Shown in pieces: positions 10,519 through 19,275 of a DNA stretch of 64,000 nt (position 1 is the stretch's first letter; each line of letters opens with the position of its first letter). The translations under genes and the position numbers were made by a program. The stretch comes from Nitrosopumilus sp. (GTDB taxonomy: Archaea; Thermoproteota; Nitrososphaeria; Nitrososphaerales; Nitrosopumilaceae), in assembly GCA_965223425.1 (NCBI GenBank), contig OZ245003.1, positions 1,504,001-1,568,000 on the forward strand, written 5' to 3'. The notes below the pieces were generated by a model. The model ran no database searches, was not told the DNA's origin, and worked only from the letters and a program-made list of their open reading frames with translations.

Positions 10519-11442
10519 ATGTCAAATTTGCCCAGAAGTCAGATCAAAAAGGGTATTTCAGTATTAATTGAGACCAAGGAGAACCAAGGAACCGGAAAAC
10601 TCACAAGCGGTATAGTTGATGAGATTTTAACCTCTAGTGACTTCCATCCACACGGGATAAAGGTTCGATTGCAGGACGGGCAGGTCGGACGCGTCAAAAG
10701 CATTAGAGATGCTCAAAGAAATACACCTAAATCCATTCCAACTAAACCGGTTCACGCAAGAACTAAATCAAAAGAAGAGCTGTCAGAGATTGCTAAAAAA
10801 GCAGTGGCCTCTCGCAGGAGGAATCATCCTGAATGGGGACAAAAAGGAGTGGTCAAAAATATCAAAGTGATGAAAGGAACAACTGCTCCTCAATTCACAG
10901 ATCTGGACAAAAAAGAGATACCGAAGGTTGAAGACAAATACAATGAATTCAAAGAGTTTTACCAGTACGATGAAAAACTATCCAAATCATCATCCAAGGA
11001 AAATAAGCAGGTCTCCGATGGCATAAAGCGTTCCGTACAAGAGAGATTTGCCACGGCGGTGTGCTCCTTTGGAAACGATCCTAGGGGAGGATTCGTATAC
11101 TTGGGAATCAAATCAGATGGCACGATAGCAGGACTGGACAGAGATAAGAAATTAGGAGGGTTTCCAAACTATGACGATTCGTTTGCAAACAATATCAGAG
11201 ACAGGCTTGAGAATATGTTGGATGACAAAGTGTTCATCGCAAGCAAATTGCAGATAAAATTCAGAAGCATCAATAGCAATACCATCTGTCTTATCCAGAT
11301 ACTACCTTCAAACCAGCCACTCTATGTCCATTCCTCTAAACAAAAGACATTCTATGTGAGAGGTTCCACTCCAAGGGCGGAGAAACTAGACGGAAAGGAT
11401 CAATTCAGGTACATAAAGGAAAGATTTCCCAACTATGGATGA
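10519..11442 (+). CDS. YwbE(DUF2196)-Schlafen/AlbA_2 fusion protein
   Basis: N-terminal HPHGIKVRLQDGQVGRV (YwbE); C-terminal EFKE...VCSFGN..GGFVYLGIKSDG...FYVR (AlbA_2). Confidence 0.75.
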   Translation: MSNLPRSQIKKGISVLIETKENQGTGKLTSGIVDEILTSSDFHPHGIKVRLQDGQVGRVKSIRDAQRNTPKSIPTKPVHARTKSKEELSEIAKKAVASRRRNHPEWGQKGVVKNIKVMKGTTAPQFTDLDKKEIPKVEDKYNEFKEFYQYDEKLSKSSSKENKQVSDGIKRSVQERFATAVCSFGNDPRGGFVYLGIKSDGTIAGLDRDKKLGGFPNYDDSFANNIRDRLENMLDDKVFIASKLQIKFRSINSNTICLIQILPSNQPLYVHSSKQKTFYVRGSTPRAEKLDGKDQFRYIKERFPNYG

Positions 11443-11445
11443 GTC

Positions 11446-12408
11446 ATGGCAGAACTTTACCACAGCCCGTTATTTGATCACATTAAAAATTATCTAGGGC
11501 GAAGCAGTTCGGATGAAACCATATTTCTTTTTGTTCCATATGTGAAGACAAAGGTGTTAGAGAGATTATTGGAAGGAATACAAAACAAGATAGTACTAGT
11601 CACAACATGGGAACCAAAGGATATCCAGTTTGGATCTTCGGAGCTTGCCTTGTATCTGTTCTGTCAAGAGCGAGACATTGCGTTGTATGTCAGCGAAAAC
11701 CTACACCTTAAGGTATACTCGATAGGATTGAACAATGCAATACTTACTACCGGGAATATATCTCACAGAGGACTGTTACCTGATGGCAACTACGAGGCCG
11801 GAATCATACTTGAGAATCTAACAAACAAGGACAGGTTGTTTTTTGAAAAGATACGAAAGAAGGCAAGATTAGTAGATGATACCATGTATGAGGAGCTCAA
11901 AAAATGGAGTGAAAAAAACAAAGTGGATTTGCCAGAACAGATCACACTCAAAGACGTCATCTCTGCACCAAAAAAGGATGACTTTTCTGTGGCCTCATTG
12001 CCAATGACTCGCAGTGTAGATGATCTGGTTTTAGGATACAAAAAAATCACATCTAATCAAGCACCATCCGATGATCCTGAAACGGTTGCATGCATATTTC
12101 ATGACTTGGCAAACTATGGCATATCATCTGGGCTTTCAGAATCAGAGTTTTTGCAAGGGCTGTCTTTGAAATTCTTTGCACATCCATTCATTCAAAAAAT
12201 TGATGAGTTTATAGCACCAGAGGCATACTTTGGAAGAATAAAGGAATGGGTTCAAGACAATTGTACTGACGTTCCGGTGCCAAGCAGACGTGAGCTGACA
12301 GGAAATGTTCAGGTGTTGTTTGAATGGTTTGAAGTTTTAGGAAATGGCAAGTATGGGATAGATGTTCCAGGTGCCAAATCCCAGCGTATTCGTAAAATTT
12401 TTCCTTAA
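11446..12408 (+). CDS. PLD-like (HxK) nuclease-domain protein
   Basis: FVPYVK, LHLKVY...TTGNIS..GL...NYE pattern of PLD/Nuc-like domains; starts 3 bp after the upstream gene. Confidence 0.7.
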   Translation: MAELYHSPLFDHIKNYLGRSSSDETIFLFVPYVKTKVLERLLEGIQNKIVLVTTWEPKDIQFGSSELALYLFCQERDIALYVSENLHLKVYSIGLNNAILTTGNISHRGLLPDGNYEAGIILENLTNKDRLFFEKIRKKARLVDDTMYEELKKWSEKNKVDLPEQITLKDVISAPKKDDFSVASLPMTRSVDDLVLGYKKITSNQAPSDDPETVACIFHDLANYGISSGLSESEFLQGLSLKFFAHPFIQKIDEFIAPEAYFGRIKEWVQDNCTDVPVPSRRELTGNVQVLFEWFEVLGNGKYGIDVPGAKSQRIRKIFP

Positions 12409-13583
12409 AATATAGATATTCAAGAATATGATCTCAGATATTCTCTTTCGTAGAATTTTACTTATGCATCGATGATATAATCTAAATTTATTGTAGTGAC
12501 ACACAAAAGTTCTTCCATGTATCGAATTTTGCAAAACCATGATTACAGATTTCTCCGACCTGAATATTTTATAAGTGGCACAAGCAAGATCATATAAACC
12601 TGAATGAATTTTTGCGTGTCACTATAGTTTAAAAAAATAACCATAGGATGGTGAATGCTTCAACACATTAAATTACCTTCAAATTTTGATATAATCTGTG
12701 AAATTAGAAGATCTGCTTGTACGATTGGACATGCCATTATTAACTAAATTTCTAAGTAAATCAGTAATCGAAGTGTTAAATGTTCTTGATTCTGAAACAA
12801 TACGATTAAATCAACTCACTAAGTTGATACTTGATTCTATACCGGCATATACAATTTTGAATGAATCTGTAACACGCAATATTATAATTTATACTATGCA
12901 TGACGATGAAGCTGAAGAGTTTGCATCTTTTATAGGTATAAAAAAATGGGATAATATACATTACAAACTAATCAACACAAAATTCACAGAAGGAATACTA
13001 AAAAAATCATTAGAATTTTTTGGTAAAGAATATGAAGAAGATGAAAGTATTAATCGTGAAGATTATCATGAAATTGAGCCTGAAAGATTTCTTTTTCCAC
13101 ATCAAATATCTACCGTTAAACAAACTCAAGATCTCTTAAAACAATCTCCACATAAAGCGCTTTTACACATGCCCACTGGATCTGGAAAAACAATATCGGC
13201 CATGAGAATTGTCACTGCTCATTTATTAGAAAATCCATCAGCTTTGGTGATCTGGCTTGCGCATAATGAAGAACTATGTGAACAGGCCATGAATGAATTT
13301 CAGATCACATGGAAAAATGCAGGGGATAGAAAAATTGATGCTTATCGTTTTTTTGGATCAAGTAAATTAGATCCTCTATCTATTGAGAATGGATTTATGT
13401 CTGCAGGATTATTGAAAATGCTAGGATCTGCAAAAAAAAATAATACATTTTTAGCCAAACTTGCTCGTAAAACAAGTTTTGTTGTTATTGATGAAGCACA
13501 TCAGGCAATAGCAGAAAAATTTTCAATTATCGTAGAAGAATTAGCAGAAAATAAAAACACAAAACTGTTGGGACTTAGTGCTA

Positions 13584-14725
13584 TAGTTAGCACATTAAAT
13601 AATTGAACATTTTCACAGGCAGGATCTCCTTTCTGGCAAACAGCTTGCGTACTGACTGCTCCATCTCATCTAGCGTGCCAAACACCTTTGCAGACAGTAC
13701 CCGTTTTATCACCCTCCACTGCATCTCAATGGGATTAAGCTCCGGCGTGTACGGCAGCAGGTACTCCAGAACTATCTCGCCGTTGTATCTTTCCAGAAAC
13801 TCCCTTACCTTTTTGGATTTGTGATATGACGCATTGTCTACAAACAGCAGCACCCTGCCGAATCTTTTGTGAACCCGTTCCAAAAAGTTGCAAAAGCTGT
13901 CGCTGTTTGACTTTTCATAAAACATAAAGTAAAATGCGTTTGCCGCCAAAGCTCCAAAGATGTATCTTCTTTCGCGTGACAAAACAGAGGGGGATGTGGC
14001 GCGCTTGCCGCGCCTTCTCCACCCGTAGCCGGGCCTGTTTGATGCCTTTTGAATCGAGGATGCATCGCCGGCCAGTACGGTGTATCCCTGCGCCGACTTT
14101 TCTGCAACGAGTTTTTTTGCCCGCTCCTGAAACTCTTTTTGCTTTCTTTTTGAGGCTGATCTTGGGTTTTTTGGACGCGCCTTGCTCCACGAAAAGCCCA
14201 TCTCCCTGACCAGCTGCAGCGCGCCTGTCTTGCTGTACTGCACGCCGAACTTTTTCTTGATGTGCAGCCTTACCAGGTTGGAATCCCACAGGCTGCTCTC
14301 AAAGCCGCATGATTCTGGCCCCGCATCCAGGTCTGCTGCAAGCTGTCTTGCCTGCGGCCCGCCTATCAGGTGCTTTCGTCCCCTGCCGCTGCGCTCGAAC
14401 CTTGCGCGTATTCCCTCGTCCTGTGCGCGGTTGAGCCATGCAGATATGGTGGACTTGGGCCTTCCCAGCATCCTTCCGATCCTGTCTAGCGGCACGCCGT
14501 CCTTGCGCTGCATGTACGCAAGCAGCCTGTCGCGCCTTCTGGGATCGGTCTCTTTTTTGTATGCCCTTTTGAGGTCTGCAACGCTGGTGTTTGGCAGAAA
14601 TTTTGCCCCCCTTGCAACCTGTCTCTTTTTTTGTTTGTACATGCAGTGTGTGCGGTATGGCCGGTCTTGGATCTTTTGGCCAAAAATAATTGTCAAAATG
14701 GTTCAGGTTTTTTATGTGCATACTA
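13584..14725 (-). mobile_element. IS630-family element, copy 2 (intact), with TA target duplication
   Basis: Imperfect TIRs; TA at 13582-13583 and 14726-14727. Confidence 0.92.
13587..14696 (-). CDS. IS630 transposase
   Basis: HTH region plus DDE triad (GDAS, VDNASYH, PELNPIE). Confidence 0.92.
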   Translation of the reverse strand: MTIIFGQKIQDRPYRTHCMYKQKKRQVARGAKFLPNTSVADLKRAYKKETDPRRRDRLLAYMQRKDGVPLDRIGRMLGRPKSTISAWLNRAQDEGIRARFERSGRGRKHLIGGPQARQLAADLDAGPESCGFESSLWDSNLVRLHIKKKFGVQYSKTGALQLVREMGFSWSKARPKNPRSASKRKQKEFQERAKKLVAEKSAQGYTVLAGDASSIQKASNRPGYGWRRRGKRATSPSVLSRERRYIFGALAANAFYFMFYEKSNSDSFCNFLERVHKRFGRVLLFVDNASYHKSKKVREFLERYNGEIVLEYLLPYTPELNPIEMQWRVIKRVLSAKVFGTLDEMEQSVRKLFARKEILPVKMFNYLMC

Positions 14726-15426
14726 TACTCCAGGACGCACGTCGGATTATATGGACTCAGCTAATAGACAACTTGCACAATTCTTTGCAAATCGTAAAAT
14801 AATGTTGGATACTGGAAAGAAGAATCCTGTTCTATTTCTTATTGAAAAAAAATATCTAGCAAATCCAATTTTTACTCCAATACGATATTTAAGCAATAAT
14901 TTATCAGATAAAGATATTCTCAAAATAGAAAAAGATCTAGATATACCATATTCAATATTGGAAAAATTATCTCATGATACAAAACGAAATTTATCAATTA
15001 TACAAGAAATAATGCGTCTTTCTAAAAAACACAAAAAAATAATTGTATTTGCATCTAGTGTTAAACATGCACGAAATATTTCATTAATATTATCTGCAAA
15101 AAAATATAATTCATATTATGTTGTTGGTAAGACACCTTCTAAAATACGAGCAAAAATACTAGATGATTACAAAAATATTGATAAAAGTATGATCTTGTGT
15201 AACTATGGCATATTGACGATGGGTTTTGATGCACCAAAAACATCTGCTGTAGTTATTGCTAGACCAACAAAATCTTATGTGCTTTATGCCCAGATGGTTG
15301 GGAGAGGAATACGAGGACCTGCAGCAGGAGGAAATGAGACATGTGAAATAGCAACAGTTATGGATGAAAGTATCAATGAATTTATTAATGTAACAAATAT
15401 CTTCACTCGATGGGAGAGAGCATGGA

Positions 15427-17226
15427 ATGAATGATAATAATGAGGACTACAATCTATTTTCAGGTGATAAATTTGTTGAATCATTACGTAGTGGTGGCTA
15501 CAAAAATACTTCATATGCAATAGCCGAATTAATTGATAATGGAATTGATGCAGAAGCAAAACATATTGAGATTTTATGTCAAGATGTAATCAATCATGTT
15601 ACAAATCGATATACATTAGATCAAATAGGAATTTTTGATGATGGTCATGGAATGAATCAAGAAGAACTTCGTCGTTCTCTTCTTTTTGGTAGTGGGAATC
15701 GAGGTATGAATTCTAAAGAAATAGGCAAATATGGCATGGGTCTACCAAATTCATCACTATCGCAATGCAAAAAAGTAGAAGTATATTCTTGGCAAAATTC
15801 TTCAGAGCCACTTTATAGTTACATTGATCTAGATAAAGTTAAGAAAGGAGATCGTCAAATCCCAAAACCAGAAATAAAAAAAATACCAAACATATGGAAA
15901 AAATCTTCAGAACATTTTTCAAAAAAATCTGGTACTCTTGTGGTATGGAGTCAATTAGATCGATGTTCGTGGACTACATCAAAAAAAATAATGGAGCATT
16001 CTGAATATTTAATTGGAAGATTATATCGAAAATTTATCACAAAAGATCTTGTAATCAATATGAAATCATTTGGAGTGAATAAAGAGGACATAGTCAACGA
16101 AAAATCAAGATCTATGCTCCCAAATGATCCATTATATCTTACAACACCTTCATCTACTCCCGGAGAATGGAGCAGAAAACCTATGTTCAAACCCGATGAA
16201 ACATTTGAAGAAGAACACCCAATAAATTATGATGGGGCGCAACATGTTGTAAAGGTACGATACTCACTCGTTAAAGATGAAGTACGTGATCCAAAAAATA
16301 ATACTGGTGATCCTGGCAGTACACCTCATGGTAAACATGCTCAGAAAAATGTTGGCGTATCTATCATACGGGCAGATAGAGAAATCGAGATGAATACTGA
16401 TTTAGTGATATCTTATGATCCAACAGAACGATGGTGGGGAGTTGAAATCAATTTACCTACTTCATTAGATTTGGCAGTAGGTTTAACAAACAACAAACAA
16501 CACACTATAATTCTTTCTGACATATTGTATTTGCTAAAGCGATTTATTGATGATGATGAAGGCCGTTCGCAAGTAGATGATGAGTTATTCGAACAGAATC
16601 CTACTCGCAGTGAATTACTTATAATGTGTCAAAAAATCGAAAGTCACATACGTTCAATGCGACGTAGGCTAAAGGCATCTAGGAGCGGTACACGTGGAGG
16701 AAGTTCTAAACCAAAGCTAGAGGATAAGATCAAAGGTGGATTTGATAGTGGACAGAATGTTGGCGAACATGGTCAAACCGAAGAAGACAGAAAGAAATTA
16801 AATGAAGCACAACGTGAATCGATGCTTGCAGACGGTTTAGTAAATGATGGAATCGAAGAAGAACAAGCTAGAAAAATTGCTGCTAGGTGGATTGCTGAAG
16901 ATAAGAAAGTAACATTCGATATAGCCGAACTTGATGGAAGTCAATTTTTCAGTGTTGAAAATATGGGAGGAATTTTGAGAATCAAAATAAATTCCAATCA
17001 TCGCGCATACAAAAATTTACTTTCAGTAACAGAATCTAATGAGCATGAAAATCTTGATTGTAAAAAACGTTTAGAATTAGCTAGAGATGGATTATGGTTA
17101 CTGCTTACATCTTGGGCACGATTTGAAGATTTAACAACAAACAAGGATCTGCGTGAAAAAATACAAGACATTAGAATTGATTGGGGAAAACAAATAAATC
17201 GATTTCTAGAACAAAACGAAGTTTAA
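15427..17226 (+). CDS. MORC-like GHKL ATPase
   Basis: ELIDNGID, DDGHGM, GKYGMG, SGTLVVW motifs; start overlaps the helicase stop (ATGAATGA). Confidence 0.85.
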   Translation: MNDNNEDYNLFSGDKFVESLRSGGYKNTSYAIAELIDNGIDAEAKHIEILCQDVINHVTNRYTLDQIGIFDDGHGMNQEELRRSLLFGSGNRGMNSKEIGKYGMGLPNSSLSQCKKVEVYSWQNSSEPLYSYIDLDKVKKGDRQIPKPEIKKIPNIWKKSSEHFSKKSGTLVVWSQLDRCSWTTSKKIMEHSEYLIGRLYRKFITKDLVINMKSFGVNKEDIVNEKSRSMLPNDPLYLTTPSSTPGEWSRKPMFKPDETFEEEHPINYDGAQHVVKVRYSLVKDEVRDPKNNTGDPGSTPHGKHAQKNVGVSIIRADREIEMNTDLVISYDPTERWWGVEINLPTSLDLAVGLTNNKQHTIILSDILYLLKRFIDDDEGRSQVDDELFEQNPTRSELLIMCQKIESHIRSMRRRLKASRSGTRGGSSKPKLEDKIKGGFDSGQNVGEHGQTEEDRKKLNEAQRESMLADGLVNDGIEEEQARKIAARWIAEDKKVTFDIAELDGSQFFSVENMGGILRIKINSNHRAYKNLLSVTESNEHENLDCKKRLELARDGLWLLLTSWARFEDLTTNKDLREKIQDIRIDWGKQINRFLEQNEV

Positions 17227-17244
17227 TGTACAATTATTCATTTT

Positions 17245-18084
17245 CTATAAATGACAAACAGTACAAGGCGTTGATTCATCCTCATCATCCAATGCATCTG
17301 CAAGTACATCAACTAATGGCAGATTTTTTCTCTTCGCTTTAGCTTTTTTGAGTTTATCCTCATGATTTTTCATTATCTCATCTCGTCTCTCTAGCAGTTC
17401 AGTCAATGTTTCGCCCTGTGACCATGTATACTGCCTTCCTTTCATGCCACTTGATTTAAAATCTGCATCACCTGCAACTCCGGCATCTTTGAGTATCTTT
17501 TGTTCAATTGCAACTGCACGCTTGAACAAGTCTGGGTGATTGTCTGCAAGACCAACCCATTCTGCTTTACGTTGAAAGAAACAAAAGTAACATCCGGAAC
17601 GTGTCCTCCACTTGTAATATTCTGGAAGATTAATTCCTGTATCTTCCAGAATCTTTACAACTCCAGTATGATCAATGTCATCGTCAATGAATGGGAATAC
17701 GGTCTTTATGTTGGGTTTTGTAGAGACATAACCTGTTCTACTCTTCTCATCTGCACGAATAGCCACATAGGATATTACCTCATCATCTCCAATCCAGTCC
17801 TCAAGTGGTTTTATCTTTAACATGCTAGTGCACCATCTCATCTGTGGTGATGGTAGTGTACCTCGAAACACCTCAAAGTAATGATCAAAGCTTCTAGTAG
17901 AGTTTAGCTTGATTATCGGTTTGCCAAGAACGACTTCAAGTTTTGCAAGATACGCATAGGTCTCTGGAAGCTCGGCCCCAGTATCACAAAAGAAATACTC
18001 CATGTCTGGAATCCTATCTCGCATGTAGACGGCAAGTGCGCTAGAATCTTTGCCGCCAGATATACCGCAAACATTGCGTGCCAT
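17245..18084 (-). CDS. sspD: PAPS reductase-family protein, SspD/DndC-like
   Basis: SGGKDS PP-loop, RWCT, RSGCYFCFFQ, terminal CxxCHL; likely start MARNVCG at 18084. Confidence 0.8.
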   Translation of the reverse strand: MARNVCGISGGKDSSALAVYMRDRIPDMEYFFCDTGAELPETYAYLAKLEVVLGKPIIKLNSTRSFDHYFEVFRGTLPSPQMRWCTSMLKIKPLEDWIGDDEVISYVAIRADEKSRTGYVSTKPNIKTVFPFIDDDIDHTGVVKILEDTGINLPEYYKWRTRSGCYFCFFQRKAEWVGLADNHPDLFKRAVAIEQKILKDAGVAGDADFKSSGMKGRQYTWSQGETLTELLERRDEIMKNHEDKLKKAKAKRKNLPLVDVLADALDDEDESTPCTVCHL

Positions 18085-18151
18085 GATTATAACATCAGAT
18101 CTAAGCATATAACTATTCATATTAGAAAGCACCAGAACTTAAAATACTTGA

Positions 18152-18334
18152 ATGATCTTAAAACCAAATAAACTATCAAATATAATTCCACATCACATAT
18201 TTGAAGAACATAAAAAAGTGGCACCATGTATTTCTTTGATCATAAAGGATGATAGTCAGATAGCTGACATTATGGTAAGAAAAAAAGAAGGTAGTCAGAA
18301 ACATTATTCTCTGGCTATAGAAACAAATGACTAG
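18152..18334 (+). CDS. Small hypothetical protein
   Basis: 60-aa ORF, no recognisable motif. Confidence 0.3.
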   Translation: MILKPNKLSNIIPHHIFEEHKKVAPCISLIIKDDSQIADIMVRKKEGSQKHYSLAIETND

Positions 18335-18353
18335 CAAAGTAAAACCGAATCTG

Positions 18354-18521
18354 TTACTTTATCTTTACAGCCAGTTTGTCAAATTCTTTCTTTGAGACAG
18401 TAAGACAAAACAATACCTTGTCAGGCTTTTTTGCATTTTTTATCATTGGATAGAATTTGATTACATACATGCCGTCTTTTTTTGTGACTTCATATGGCCT
18501 CTCGCCGATCTTTTCTCGCAT
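18354..18521 (-). CDS. Small basic hypothetical protein (55 aa, not in ORF track)
   Basis: MREKIGERPYEVTKKDGMYVIKFYP...KLAVKIK; ATG to TAA. Confidence 0.5.
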   Translation of the reverse strand: MREKIGERPYEVTKKDGMYVIKFYPMIKNAKKPDKVLFCLTVSKKEFDKLAVKIK

Positions 18522-18624
18522 TTGATAGTTTAAGCAAAATATGATCTTATAGGTTTATCTGCCATTATACAAGATCTTAAAATTTACGCACGAATCTTAT
18601 TATATTTGTATGACGTATTATGAT

Positions 18625-18686
18625 TAGCCGTAATTGAATCCTCTGAACTAACAGTGTTGGTGTCAGGGGCCGTGCAGTTACGGCCA
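18625..18686 (+). ncRNA. Candidate structured ncRNA at the 3' end of the DUF3800-like gene
   Basis: Nested stems TAGCCGTAATTG/CAGTTACGGCCA, CCTCTGA/TCAGGGG and ACTAAC/GTTGGT; mismatches are mostly G-U on the + strand; TTATAT about 25 nt upstream. Confidence 0.5.
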
Positions 18687-18691
18687 TTCTA

Positions 18692-19270
18692 TCATTTGAA
18701 ATCATGTCTTAGCTTTGTTTCAATTGCATCTGTTACATCCATTGAAATTACTCCATCAGGTTCACGCCCTCGATTGTTCCCCCACGCAACAAGATCAGAT
18801 AATATGTATGCATAATCCTTATCACCATGATGCAGACCATTATTTTGTACAAAACCTCTGCAATCGGTATCACACTCAAAAACAATATCCGATAAAGTAT
18901 AATTATGCTTAATAGTAAATTCTAAGATTTTTTCACGTACGTGTTGTAATAACAGATAGTTATACACAGAAAGAATCTTTATGTGAGGAATATGTGGCTG
19001 TCTTTTATGTGCTAATTTTTTGGTATCTTTAATTATTCTGTCTCGGTCAATTCTTACACAAAACGCTATATTCTCTTTACCATTGAATTGAAGTTGAGAA
19101 GTAAGATCACTTCGAACTTTTGTTAGTTTTATTTGATTGACTGTAAATTGTTTTATGTCCAATTGCTTAATCATAGAATTAATACTATCCTTTGTACCAA
19201 TCACAATTCCCATATATTTATAATTTCCAACATCCGGATGTCCTGATACATCGATTCCTGCAACAAGCAT
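18692..19270 (-). CDS. RNase H-fold, DUF3800-like protein
   Basis: AGIDVSG at the N-terminus, central FECD, C-terminal LSDLVAW; starts 5 bp after the sspC stop. Confidence 0.5.
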   Translation of the reverse strand: MLVAGIDVSGHPDVGNYKYMGIVIGTKDSINSMIKQLDIKQFTVNQIKLTKVRSDLTSQLQFNGKENIAFCVRIDRDRIIKDTKKLAHKRQPHIPHIKILSVYNYLLLQHVREKILEFTIKHNYTLSDIVFECDTDCRGFVQNNGLHHGDKDYAYILSDLVAWGNNRGREPDGVISMDVTDAIETKLRHDFK

Positions 19271-19275
19271 GTTTT

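Larger units (their letters stand above)
12698..15434 (+). pseudogene. SF2 DEAH-box (ResIII-like) helicase interrupted by IS630
   Basis: PTGSGKT, DEAH, split SA|T, MGFDAP, QMVGRGIR; removing 13584-14727 restores a 530-aa frame. Confidence 0.9.

Noticed and set aside
14631-15434. Independent 267-aa gene
   Set aside because: It is the helicase C-terminal half read in from IS630 sequence
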